Source of the DNA: an uncultured Acidimicrobiales bacterium | GTDB lineage: Bacteria > Actinomycetota > Acidimicrobiia > Acidimicrobiales > RAAP-2 | Direction: 5' to 3' | DNA: 64,000 bases | Assembly: GCA_963725395.1 (NCBI GenBank) | Contig: CAVRYH010000013.1 | Span: forward strand, 163,720-227,719 | Shown here: positions 44,931 to 54,744 of the stretch, piece by piece | Position numbering within the stretch: position 1 is the first letter of the stretch | Layout of the letters: each line of letters begins with the position of its first letter | Position numbers and translations under genes: made by a program | Notes under the pieces: model-generated | Database searches by the model: none | What the model saw: only the letters and a program-made list of their open reading frames with translations | What the model was told of the DNA's origin: nothing

Positions 44931-47900
44931 TCAGAACCCGAAGTTGTTGCGGGCCCCGTTGGCGTCGATGAGGGAGTACCCCGGGTTGGTCGGGGAGACG
45001 ATCATCCCCACCGCCTCGAGCCCGGCGTTCCCTCCCGATCCGTGGAACGAGGCGTCGCCGAAGGTGAAGATCCCACCGTCGGAGGCGACCAGCCAGTAGC
45101 CGCGACCGTCGCGGGTGGGGGCCATGCCGTTGATCGGCTGGTTCAACCGGATGTTCCCGGTCGAGCCGTAGAACTGGGCGTCACCGAAGGTGAAGATCCC
45201 ACCGTCGGAGGCCACCAGCCAGTAGCCGTTGCCCGAAGGCGTGGCCGACATGCCCACGACCGGCTTGTTCAACCGGATGTTCCCGGTCGAGCCGTGGAAC
45301 TGGGCGTCACCGAAGCTGAAGACCCCACCGTCGGAGGCCACCAGCCAGTAGCCCCTCCCGTCGAGGGTGCTGGTGATGCCGACGATCGGCTGGTTCAACC
45401 GGATGTTCCCGGTCGAGCCGTAGAACTGGGCGTCGCCGAAGCTGAACACCCCACCGTCGGTCGCCACCAGCCAGTAGCCCTTCCCGTCCGGCGTGGCCGC
45501 GATGCCCACGACCGGCTTGTTGAGAGGCTTGCCGGCCATCGACCCGTAGTTGACCGCCGTGCCGTAGCTGGTGACGGATCCGTTGGACCCGGCCATCCAG
45601 TAGCCGAGCCCGTCCGGCGTGGCTGCCAGCCGGTTGCCACCGGCCAGGGTGGTGGTCACCTTGGGATTGACCGTCAGGGTGAAGCCCTGGCTGACCTCGC
45701 CGCTGGCGTTGGTCGCCTCCCACGTGAGTTGGGTGACCCCGGCGCTGGTCGGTGTCCCCGACAGGGTGCCGGTCCCGTTGCCGTGGTCGGTGAAGGTGAG
45801 CCCACTGGGCAACGTCCCGCTCCAACCGAGCGACGGTGTCGGATACCCCTGGCTTGACACCGTGAAGGAGAAGGGCAGACCCACCGCAGCCCCGGCCGAA
45901 GCGGCGCTGGTGATGGCCGGCGGCGCGGTGACCACGATGGAGAGGTCCTGGGTCGTGGTCGACGTCCCGTTGTAGGCGTTGGTGGCCGTCACCACGATGG
46001 TGCTGGTGCCCGTGGCCGTCGGGGTCCCCGAGATCAGGGCCTCGGCGTTGGCTCCGGCCGCCGGGGCCGGGGTCGACCAGGTCAACCCGGCCGGCAGAGC
46101 GCCGGCCTCGGTGATCGAGGTGACAGCGGGCCCGCCGGTGGCGGTCACCGCGATGGTCCCCGCCTTACCCACCGGGAAGTACTGGGTGGACGGGCTGGTG
46201 AACGTGGGTGGCCCCGAGGGGTCCACCGTGATGGTGACCGCCAGGGTGGCCGTCGACCCAGACGAGTTGGTCGCCGAGATGGTGATCGGGTAGGACCCGG
46301 TGGCCACCGCCGCCGTGGTGCTGGTGATGGTGGCCGATCCCGTCGCCGGGGACGGCACCGTCCAGGTCAATCCGGTCGGAAGGGCCCCGGTCTCGGTGAT
46401 GGTGGCCGCCGGGAAGCCCGTGGTGGTCACCGTGTAGGTGCTGGCCGTCCCCGAGTAGAAGGTCGTGGCCGCGGCGCTGGTGATGGTCGGCGCCTGCGAG
46501 TTGGTCAGCGTGAAGGCCTGGGTGGTCGTTCCCGCGGTGTTGGTGGCCGTAATGGTGATCGGGTAGCTCCCGCCCGAACCGGCCGCCGGGGTGCCCGAGA
46601 TGGTGGCCGTCCCGTTGCCGTTGTCGACGAAGGTGATGCCCGACGGCAGCACGCCCGTCTCGGTGAGAGCGGGTGCCGGCTCACCGGTGGTGGTCACCGT
46701 GGTGGTGAAGGCCGCGCCCACGATCGAGTTGGCCGTGGCGGCACTCGTGATGATCGGGGCACCGCTCTCGTCGAGGACCAGGCTTCCGCCGGCAGCGACG
46801 CTCGTCCAGGTGGAGAGCTCACCGCCGTAGGACTGGCCGTAGGCGACGCCGCCGACGGTTGTGCCCGTCGGGGCGGTCACCGGCACGTTGATCGCACCGG
46901 TGCCCGAGTTGGTCACCGTGACGACACCGTTCTGCTCGGTGGCCTTCACCGTTCCCGCTCCGAGAGCGGTGGACCAGTCGGTCTGCTCGGCGAGAGTCGT
47001 GCCGATGGCGCCCAGGGTCAGCTGCTCGTAGGGCGTGGCCGAGGTGTAATAGGAGTGATAGTCGGCCAGCAGCGGGTTGAGCACCGAGTAGAGCAGTCCG
47101 TCGCCGGTCGTGTCGGCCGTGGCCGGCGGGGTGTAGCCCGCCGGGGGCAGCGCCGTGGTGTACGGAACCGTCCCCATCAGATTGGTCTGGTGGACGTAGG
47201 TCGGCTCGGGGTTGTTGGACAGCATGTTCTGCAGCATCCCGGTCACCACTTGGTTGACGACGTCGCTCCAGGTGAACGCCGTGGTCGAGCACGTGGTGGT
47301 CGAGGTGGACTTGCACTGGCTGTCCGGCGCATCGGCGTCGTACAGGGTGTTGTACTCGTCCAGCTCCTGGGCCTCGGTCGAGGCGTTGTAGAAGATGTTG
47401 ATCGGGTGGCGGGGGACGGCCTCGGCGGTGCCGTCCACGAAGGGCACGCCGGCGGCGTAGGTGGCACCGGTGTACGAGGTGTTGGTGCCCCCCGAGATGT
47501 CCCCGGTGCCGAAGGTGGCGTCAGCCGGATCGGGGTAGGCCTTGGAGGCGTCGGCCCCCACCGCGGTGATCCCGACCGCCTCGAGGGCGGGGATGAAGTA
47601 GGGGTTCTGCTCCCAGGGCGTCTCCTGGGCGTTCTCCACCACCGGAGGGGTCCAGCCGGCCGGCTCGGCCGTGCCTGCGGCACCGTTGTCGGTGTAGGTC
47701 AGCTCGAGCTCACCACCGTTCGCCGTGTTGGTGGTAGAGGTCGGATTGCCCGAGCTGTTGTCGGGCAGGGTGGCCGAGGACGGGGTCGAGAGGTTGCCGA
47801 GGTAGGACCAGGCACCAACCGTGGTGCCGGTCACCGGGGCGCGGTAGACGAGGTAATTGTCCGCGTGGCAGATGGCCTGCCACACCAGGGACACGGACCC

Positions 47901-49388
47901 GCCGGCGCCGACGGTGATGGGGTCGGTCACGTACGCCTGTGACTGGTCGACGCTCGGCGAGTCGGCCGAGTTGAACTGGTCGGTGACCGCGTACTCATAG
48001 GTGCCGGCACCCAGGGTCCCACCGGTCCCGGCGGTCTCGCTGTCGAGGTCGGGGGGGTCGACCGTGGACGGGGTGCCCGGGGCGAGGTCGGCGAAGCCCG
48101 AGTGGTTGCCGGGCACGAACACCTGGGGGTTCTCATACCCGAGGGCGTCAGAGGTGTCGGTCGACTCGGTCAGTCCGAGCCCACCGGTCCCCGGCGTGGC
48201 CCCCGGAGCCGCCGCCGCCTCGGACGTGTTCTGGTTCAGCTCCGCCTCGATGTAGTTCTGGGTGGCGCAGCCCACGTCGAGGTAGGGCGTGTCGTAGGTG
48301 TGGCTGAGCCATCCGAAGTCGTCGGCGTAGGACTTCCCGGTGGTCGGGTCGGTGGCCTGGAACTCGGCCAGCAGCGGGTCGGCGCCGGCGGTGTCACCGG
48401 GCAGGCCCAGCTCGCCCGCCTGGTACTCGTCGGTGCCGCCGTAGTTGAACAGCTGGTCCATGCGGAAGTCGTTGGCCTCGGACCACTGGGCGGCGGTGAC
48501 CACGTCGGCGGGCTGCATGCGCAGCGAGTCGGCATCGGAGTAGTCGTTGTCGTGGACCGTGGTGCTCCAGGCGTTGTCCGGGGTGAAGGTGTCGTCGATG
48601 TCCATCTCGACATAGTTGCGGTCGATCCCGAGGTGGGTGCCAGACGTCACCCAGTTGATGAGCCCCGGGGCGAGCAGGAGCCACTGGAGGTCGGTGGAGC
48701 TGTAGTCGAAGTTGAGCGCCAGCTCGGTCACGTTGGCCTGCGGGTCGGTGGCCGGGTGCTGGTAGACACCGGCCAGGACGGCACCGGTGCTGGAGTCGAG
48801 CCACGCCGTGAAGGGGGCGCCGGTCTCGGCGGTGGCCGGGTAGCCATTGGTGCCCGTCGAGAAGGGCACGGCTCCGGCCAGACCCGGCAGCCCGGCGAGC
48901 CCGGCGGCCGTCAGGGTCCCGTTGGTGCCGTCGAGCACCGCGGCGGTGCTCGAGTCGTTCTCGCCGATCCCGGTGTAGGGAGCGGTGTAGCCGTCGAGCT
49001 GCCGCACGCCGTAGGTCGACTCGTAGGAGAACAGCGAGGTGAGCTGGCCCGAGGCGAAGGCCGCGGGTGAGTCGGCGACCACCACCGCGTTGAAGTTCCC
49101 GATCGTACCGTCGGTCAGGGCGGGCAATGTGACCGTCTCGGCGCCGTAGGTTCCGGCCGCCGTGGCGAGGGTGTAGCTCACTCCCTCACTGGACAGCGCC
49201 GATTGCCATGCCACCGTTGTCGGGTCGGTGGAGCCGCCGCCGATGAGCAGCACGTTGAGACTGAGCTCCGGCGGCGTGGTTGCCGCTTCCGTTGGCTTGA
49301 CCGCCACGGAGAGCGAAGTGAAGACGACCATGGAGACCAGCACACCGGCCGTCACCACTTTGCTGAGGGATCGACGGAATCGATTCAT
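44931..49388 (-). CDS. 1485-aa secreted multidomain protein: N-terminal catalytic-type region, four Ig-like (He_PIG-type) domains, six-blade 42-aa repeat propeller
   Basis: AAGGGAGAG RBS and signal peptide (VVTAGVLVSMVVFTSLSVAVKPTEA). The central region contains MDIDDTF and GWLSHTYDTPYLD. There are four ...G.LP.GLT(F/W)...GT..ISGTP... modules. The C-terminus has six GYWLV(A)(S/T)DGG(V/I)F.FGDA.F.GS blades. Confidence 0.85.
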   Translation of the reverse strand: MNRFRRSLSKVVTAGVLVSMVVFTSLSVAVKPTEAATTPPELSLNVLLIGGGSTDPTTVAWQSALSSEGVSYTLATAAGTYGAETVTLPALTDGTIGNFNAVVVADSPAAFASGQLTSLFSYESTYGVRQLDGYTAPYTGIGENDSSTAAVLDGTNGTLTAAGLAGLPGLAGAVPFSTGTNGYPATAETGAPFTAWLDSSTGAVLAGVYQHPATDPQANVTELALNFDYSSTDLQWLLLAPGLINWVTSGTHLGIDRNYVEMDIDDTFTPDNAWSTTVHDNDYSDADSLRMQPADVVTAAQWSEANDFRMDQLFNYGGTDEYQAGELGLPGDTAGADPLLAEFQATDPTTGKSYADDFGWLSHTYDTPYLDVGCATQNYIEAELNQNTSEAAAAPGATPGTGGLGLTESTDTSDALGYENPQVFVPGNHSGFADLAPGTPSTVDPPDLDSETAGTGGTLGAGTYEYAVTDQFNSADSPSVDQSQAYVTDPITVGAGGSVSLVWQAICHADNYLVYRAPVTGTTVGAWSYLGNLSTPSSATLPDNSSGNPTSTTNTANGGELELTYTDNGAAGTAEPAGWTPPVVENAQETPWEQNPYFIPALEAVGITAVGADASKAYPDPADATFGTGDISGGTNTSYTGATYAAGVPFVDGTAEAVPRHPINIFYNASTEAQELDEYNTLYDADAPDSQCKSTSTTTCSTTAFTWSDVVNQVVTGMLQNMLSNNPEPTYVHQTNLMGTVPYTTALPPAGYTPPATADTTGDGLLYSVLNPLLADYHSYYTSATPYEQLTLGAIGTTLAEQTDWSTALGAGTVKATEQNGVVTVTNSGTGAINVPVTAPTGTTVGGVAYGQSYGGELSTWTSVAAGGSLVLDESGAPIITSAATANSIVGAAFTTTVTTTGEPAPALTETGVLPSGITFVDNGNGTATISGTPAAGSGGSYPITITATNTAGTTTQAFTLTNSQAPTITSAAATTFYSGTASTYTVTTTGFPAATITETGALPTGLTWTVPSPATGSATITSTTAAVATGSYPITISATNSSGSTATLAVTITVDPSGPPTFTSPSTQYFPVGKAGTIAVTATGGPAVTSITEAGALPAGLTWSTPAPAAGANAEALISGTPTATGTSTIVVTATNAYNGTSTTTQDLSIVVTAPPAITSAASAGAAVGLPFSFTVSSQGYPTPSLGWSGTLPSGLTFTDHGNGTGTLSGTPTSAGVTQLTWEATNASGEVSQGFTLTVNPKVTTTLAGGNRLAATPDGLGYWMAGSNGSVTSYGTAVNYGSMAGKPLNKPVVGIAATPDGKGYWLVATDGGVFSFGDAQFYGSTGNIRLNQPIVGITSTLDGRGYWLVASDGGVFSFGDAQFHGSTGNIRLNKPVVGMSATPSGNGYWLVASDGGIFTFGDAQFYGSTGNIRLNQPINGMAPTRDGRGYWLVASDGGIFTFGDASFHGSGGNAGLEAVGMIVSPTNPGYSLIDANGARNNFGF
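45061..45564 (-). repeat. 126-bp tandem coding repeat x4 (propeller blades)
   Basis: Units start at 45061, 45187, 45313 and 45439 (exact 126-nt phase). They share long identical stretches, e.g. CCACCGTCGGAGGC.ACCAGCCAGTAGCC and TTCAACCGGATGTTCCCGGTCGAGCCGT.GAACTGGGCGTC.CCG. Confidence 0.9.
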
Positions 49389-49922
49389 TGGAATTGCTCT
49401 CCCTTGCGCGGCTCCTGCCCAGTGCGCGCCGACGCAATGGGCACAGTAAGCCCAGAGAAAAGTCCTGCCTACCCTGCACTGTCACGAAACCACCCTGCTC
49501 TTTTTCGCCCCGGACCTGGCTCCGACCCGGGCATTTGGGCGGTGGAGCGGCGGACCCCGGTACGCGGTTCGTGGATTCGCCCCGGCTCCCACTGCAGAGT
49601 GTGGGGACCGTCTCGTGGCCTTGCTCCAAGCCCCGGTGGCGACTCCTGAAGACCGGTTGGGCACACACCGGCGTTTTCCTTCCAGGGTGGGCCGACCCTG
49701 TGGTGAGGGTGGTCCGGGCTTCTCGCCAGGGTCGGCGGAATTGTCACTCGGGTGGAGGCGTCGATCGGGACGCACCGACCAGCGGAGGTCAGAGAAAGTC
49801 CGGGGTGTTCACATCCGGGTCGGCTCTCTACTCTCGTACTCGACGATGAACTCGAACCGCACCATCTCCTCATCGACAGTGGCGCGCCCCTGTTCGGCCA
49901 TCCGTGGACCGGCGGCTGGTTG

Positions 49923-51485
49923 ATGGACGTCGCGCTCCTGGCCGAGGGCACCTACCCGTATCACCCCGGGGGCGTGAGCGTCTGGTGTGATCAACTCATC
50001 CGCGGGCTCGCGCCGCACCGGTTCACCGTGCATGCCATCACCGCCGGTGACGATCCGGTGCCGACATGGGAGCTCCCGGACAATGTCGACGGTGTGCGGG
50101 CGATCGCGGTGTGGGGTCCGACCCACCGGGCCGGACGGCCGGCGCGCAACTCGCCTGAGCTGCAGTCCGCCTTCCTCCGGCTGGTCGCATCGATGGCCCA
50201 TCCGGACGGGGGGCCAGAGTTCCTCGAAGCACTCCATCAGTTGTTCGAACTCTCGCAACGGATGTCACTGGTCGGAGCCCTGCACACCACCTCTTCATTG
50301 AACGTCCTCCTCCGTGCCATGGCAGAGGCCAGTCGGAGCGATCGCTTCTCCACCTCCGAACCGGTCACGGTCTCCGTGCAGGACGCCAGGGTGGCGCTCG
50401 ACCTGATCGAGCATCAGTTGCGTCCGCTGTTCGTCCCGCCGCCGCGGGCTGACCTCTGCCATGCCACGGCCAACGGGCTCTCGGTGCTGCTCGGGATCGG
50501 GGCCCACTGGGCCTACGGCACCCCCCTGATCATCAGCGAGCACGGGATCTACCTGCGTGAGCGATACCTGGCGCTCGGGTCCCACCAGTTCTCCCACCCC
50601 GTGAGGGCCATCATGCTGCGCTTCTACAAGCACCTCACGTGGGCCGGCTACCAGATCGCCGGATGCATCGCCCCGGGGAGTGAGTACAACCGCCAGTGGC
50701 TCGAGGCGAACGGGGCGAACCCGGAGCGGATCCATCCCGTCTACAACGGTGTCGACGTCGGCAGCTTCATCGCCCCGGCCGTCGAGCCGGAGGTGCCGAC
50801 CCTGGTTTGGCTGGGTCGGATCGACCCGCTGAAGGACGTGGAGACGCTGATCCGCGCCTTCGCCAACGTGCGGGCGGCGATACCCACCGCCCGGCTGCGG
50901 ATCTTCGGTGGTGCCTCCGCCGAGAACAGGGACTATCTCGAGCGGTGCATCGCCCTTCGGGACTCTCTCGGTCTGGCCGGATCGGCCGTGTTCGAGGGCC
51001 GGGTCGACTCGGTGGTCGAGGCCTATCACGCCGGGCACGTCGTGTTGCTCAGCAGTATCTCTGAGGGATTCCCCTACACCCTCATCGAGGCGATGGCGTC
51101 CGGCATGCCCACCGTCGCCACCGATGTGGGAGGGGTGAGGGAGGCCACCGGTGATGCCGGACTGATCGTGCCACCGCGGAACCCCCGTGCCATGGCCGAA
51201 GCGTGCCTGCAGCTCCTGTCGAACGCTTCGCTCCGCCGGTCCATCGGGAACGCCGCCCGCAATCGGATCCTGTCGATGTTCACCCTGGAGCAGAGCCTGG
51301 CGGTGTTCGCCGACCTCTACCGCGAGGCGACCGGCAAGGTCTCGAGTGCCACCGTCCTGAGGGCGGACCGGGTCGGGGCGCGCCAGAAATACGCGGTGTC
51401 GAGATCCCGCCTGGAGCCCGCGCCCAGGAACGCGTTCGACCTCATCCAATGGAGCGCATTGGCGCTCCCGCTCGGGGCGGGGTGA
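49923..51485 (+). CDS. PelF-like glycosyltransferase (DUF3492 N-terminal domain + GT4)
   Basis: ATG at 49923. MDVALLAEGTYPYHPGGVSVWCDQLIRGL matches the EG.YPY..GGVS.W...L signature of PelF/DUF3492. The GT4 EX7E motif EGFPYTLIEAMASG is present. Confidence 0.8.
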   Translation: MDVALLAEGTYPYHPGGVSVWCDQLIRGLAPHRFTVHAITAGDDPVPTWELPDNVDGVRAIAVWGPTHRAGRPARNSPELQSAFLRLVASMAHPDGGPEFLEALHQLFELSQRMSLVGALHTTSSLNVLLRAMAEASRSDRFSTSEPVTVSVQDARVALDLIEHQLRPLFVPPPRADLCHATANGLSVLLGIGAHWAYGTPLIISEHGIYLRERYLALGSHQFSHPVRAIMLRFYKHLTWAGYQIAGCIAPGSEYNRQWLEANGANPERIHPVYNGVDVGSFIAPAVEPEVPTLVWLGRIDPLKDVETLIRAFANVRAAIPTARLRIFGGASAENRDYLERCIALRDSLGLAGSAVFEGRVDSVVEAYHAGHVVLLSSISEGFPYTLIEAMASGMPTVATDVGGVREATGDAGLIVPPRNPRAMAEACLQLLSNASLRRSIGNAARNRILSMFTLEQSLAVFADLYREATGKVSSATVLRADRVGARQKYAVSRSRLEPAPRNAFDLIQWSALALPLGAG

Positions 51486-51487
51486 GC

Positions 51488-52931
51488 ATGACGACGCAAT
51501 CGGAAGCGGTGCGCTCGGATGCTGCGGCCGGGGCCCCCGTGCCGGACGCCGCCGCCGGTCGCATCACCGCGTGGGTGCTGAGGGATCCGCGGCTGGCAGC
51601 CCAGTGCGCCTCAGCCGTCGACGCGCTGGAGGTGGCGGCGCGGTTGGAGACCCACGGGGTGAGCAGCCGGGTGGCCATCGACTCGTTCGGGTTCCCCGAC
51701 GTGTTCAGCGTGGCCGAGGCCGTCTACCGCTCACTGCCCTTCGTCGATCTCGCGGCCCCGGAGCCGACCGCCCCGGCGATGGGTGGGCCGGCAGACCTCC
51801 TCCGGGGAGCGCTCTATGCCCTGCCCGCCGTGTTCCTCCCAGTGGTGGTGACCGGGTTCGCGCTGCACCTGAAGTGGTGGGTGCTCCCCGTGGGGCTCAC
51901 TGTTGCCTGGGCCATGGGGCAGGCAACCGCCACCATCGCCTGGTCGTTGCGGGGCCGGGAGGACGAGCGGAGCGACTCGCTGATCGCATTCGTGTCCATC
52001 GTGGCCAGCGCCCTCGTCTGTCTGGTGTGCGCCGTGTCGGCCACGCGGATCGTCGGGGGGAACGAGACCAGCGTCATCCTCGCCGTCGCCGTCGCCGCCT
52101 ACATCGCGGCCAGCGGCATCCTCGTGTTCCAGCGGGCCGAGTGGATGCTGGCCGCCAGCATGCTGCCGGCTGTGGTCGGGTCGCTTCTCATCCTCGGCGT
52201 CCTGCCCGTGGCGATCACCCACCGGGCCGCCGCGTGGTGCGTGGTGGCCACCGCGATCCTGGTGGTGGCCATGGCCAACCGGCACCTGCTGGCGCCCCGT
52301 TGGCGTCGACCGGTCCTGGTCCGGGGTGACCATGCCCGGGCCGTCAAGTACTTCGGGTACGGCCTGGGTTGTGGCGTCTTCATCTCGGTGTTCATCGTGT
52401 GTGCCGCAGACCTCGACGGCAGCGGTGGCGCGCTCGGTCATCGCCGTCGTCCCCCTCCTGGCGACCCTGGGACTCATGGAGTGGCAACTTCGCTCGTTCC
52501 GCTGCCGGGCCACGATGGCCCTGGCGACCAGCCGGGACGTCCGACAGTTCGGTCTCCGGGCCCGGGGGGCGTTCGCCAGGTCGGTCGGCTGCTATGTGGC
52601 CGCTCTCGCCCTCTTGTCCGCCGCAGGTGTGGCGGTCGGGGACGCCAGACGGGCCGGTGACGTGCCGATACTGCTTGCCTCGGTGGGAGCTCTCGGTATC
52701 GCGTTCTTCCTCGCACTCCTGCTGGCGTCCTCGGGCCGCGTCAACCTGGTGCTCTTGGGTTGGGGTGTCAGCCTCGGCCTGCTCGCCGCGCTGGCGTCCG
52801 TCGTGTTCTCCGCCCACCACCGCATCGCCCCGCTGACCGGGCTCACCATGCTGTTGGCGGCGGCCGGGACGGCGATCCTCATGCTTTCCCTGCTGTCGAT
52901 TCGAGTCCTTGGATCACCTCTGAGCTACTAG
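51488..52931 (+). pseudogene. polytopic membrane protein of the polysaccharide locus, reading frame interrupted near 52.41-52.44 kb
   Basis: Frame 2 (from the ATG at 51488) encodes TM-rich sequence up to ..FIVCAADLDGSGGA, then turns into Arg/Pro/Gly-rich shadow until 52660. Frame 0 picks up TM-rich sequence (ARSVIAVVPLLATLGLMEW...) and runs to the TAG at 52931. An alternative reading is two genes, the second with a GTG start near 52425. Confidence 0.5.
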
Positions 52932-52958
52932 CTCCGAGCCGAAGAGAAGGAAAACCCC

Positions 52959-53954
52959 ATGTCCATGACCGTTGCGATCACCGGAGCCGACGGATTCATC
53001 GGTTCCCACCTGGCCGAGGCCTTGGCGGGTTCGGGCTACCGCGTCCGGGCCATGGTGCAGTACAACTCGTTCGGATCCTGGGGGTGGATCGAGTCGCTCG
53101 ACAGCGAGGCGCTCGCTTCGATCGAGGTGGTCCCCGGCGACGTCCGGGACCGTGACTCCGTGCTGTCACTGCTGACCGGTGCCGACATGGTGTGCCACCT
53201 TGCCGCGCTGATCGCCATTCCCTACTCGTACCAGGCTCCCTGGTCGTACCTCGAGACGAACGCCGGCGGCACGTTGAACGTGCTGGAGGCCGGACGCAAG
53301 CTCGGTACCGAGCGGATCGTCTGCACGTCGACCAGCGAGGTCTACGGGAGCGCCCAGGTCGTACCCATCACCGAGGACCATCCCCTCCAGGCCCAGTCGC
53401 CCTACTCCGCGTCAAAGATCGCCGCCGACAAACTGGCCGAGAGCTACCACCTGAGCTTCGGGCTCCCGGTGGTCACGCTCCGGCCGTTCAACACCTACGG
53501 CCCCCGCCAGTCGGCCCGGGCCGTGATACCGACGGTGATCTCCCAACTCGCCGCCGGCCGCCGGGCCATCTCCCTCGGCTCGTTGACGCCGACACGCGAC
53601 TTCAACTTCGTGCTCGACACCGCCCACGCGTTCCGGGCGATGCTCGAGGCCCCGGTCGACGAGGTCGTCGGGAGGACGTTCAACGCCGGGTCCGGCGTGG
53701 AGATCTCAGTGGCGGACACCGTCAAGCTCATCGCCGAGCTCATGGGCACCGAGGCGGAGATCGAGGTCGACAAGGCGAGGTTCCGGCCCGAACGATCCGA
53801 GGTGACCCGCCTGGTGTCCGACAGTTCGGCCATTCGGCGGGCTGCGTCATGGAAACCCGCCCACACCCTCTCCGAGGGCCTGGCCACAACGATCGAGTGG
53901 TTCTCCAATCCCGACAACCTCCGCCGGTACAAGACCGACCAGTACAACGTCTGA
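52959..53954 (+). CDS. NAD-dependent sugar epimerase/dehydratase (extended SDR)
   Basis: AGAAGGA RBS. ITGADGFIGSHL (GxxGxxG) and the catalytic YSASK are present, with the typical C-terminal W.P...L.EGL. Confidence 0.85.
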   Translation: MSMTVAITGADGFIGSHLAEALAGSGYRVRAMVQYNSFGSWGWIESLDSEALASIEVVPGDVRDRDSVLSLLTGADMVCHLAALIAIPYSYQAPWSYLETNAGGTLNVLEAGRKLGTERIVCTSTSEVYGSAQVVPITEDHPLQAQSPYSASKIAADKLAESYHLSFGLPVVTLRPFNTYGPRQSARAVIPTVISQLAAGRRAISLGSLTPTRDFNFVLDTAHAFRAMLEAPVDEVVGRTFNAGSGVEISVADTVKLIAELMGTEAEIEVDKARFRPERSEVTRLVSDSSAIRRAASWKPAHTLSEGLATTIEWFSNPDNLRRYKTDQYNV

Positions 53955-53982
53955 CCAGATTCCGCAGGACAGGGGCAGAGCA

Positions 53983-54744
53983 ATGACCGATGTCATCGAC
54001 AGGGAGAGTCCGACGAGCGTGGACACCCGGCACGTGGTGATCCTGGCTGGGGGGAAGGGCGTTCGTCTGCGGCCGTACACCACGGTCATCCCCAAGCCGC
54101 TCGTGCCCATCGGTGAGCAGTATTCGATCCTCGAGATCGTCCTCCGCCAGCTGGCCGCCAAGGGGTTCCGTCATGCCACCCTGGCCATCGGCCACCTCGG
54201 TCAGCTGATCCGGGCCTATGTCGGGGACGGCTCGCAGTGGGGGATCGAGGTGGACTACGTGCACGAGGAGTCTCCGCTCGGGACCATCGGCCCCGCCCTC
54301 ATGGTCCTCGACCGCCTGCCGGACCACTTCCTGCTCATGAACGGCGACATCCTCACGGATCTCGACTACGGCCAGCTGATGGACGACCACGTGGCGTCGG
54401 GCGCCCCGTTGACGGTGGCCACCTACAACCGTGTCCACCAGGTCGATTTCGGCGTCCTCGAGGTGGTGGACCAGAGGATCATCAACTTCACGGAGAAGCC
54501 ACCCATGACCTATTCGGTCAGCATGGGGATCTACGGCGTCAGCAAGCGGCACCTCGAGCGCTACACGCCGGGGCTGCCCTACGGATTCGACGAGCTGATG
54601 CTCGATCTCATCGAGCGGGGCACGCTGCCCTTCAGCTACAGCTTCGACGGGTTCTGGCTCGACATCGGGCGACCCGACGATTACGACCAGGCCAACCGGG
54701 AGTTCGACGTTCTCGGTCCTCGGTTGCTGCCGGGCCAGCGGTGA
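53983..54744 (+). CDS. sugar-phosphate nucleotidyltransferase
   Basis: ILAGGKGVRLRPYT...PKPLVPI is the canonical NTP-transferase N-terminal motif. The product is 253 aa. Confidence 0.85.
   Translation: MTDVIDRESPTSVDTRHVVILAGGKGVRLRPYTTVIPKPLVPIGEQYSILEIVLRQLAAKGFRHATLAIGHLGQLIRAYVGDGSQWGIEVDYVHEESPLGTIGPALMVLDRLPDHFLLMNGDILTDLDYGQLMDDHVASGAPLTVATYNRVHQVDFGVLEVVDQRIINFTEKPPMTYSVSMGIYGVSKRHLERYTPGLPYGFDELMLDLIERGTLPFSYSFDGFWLDIGRPDDYDQANREFDVLGPRLLPGQR

Noticed and set aside
49389-49922. c-di-GMP or other known riboswitch in the long spacer of the polysaccharide locus
   Set aside because: I could not match GEMM-I/II or any other riboswitch consensus by eye. It is kept only as an unexplained long spacer to be scanned computationally.
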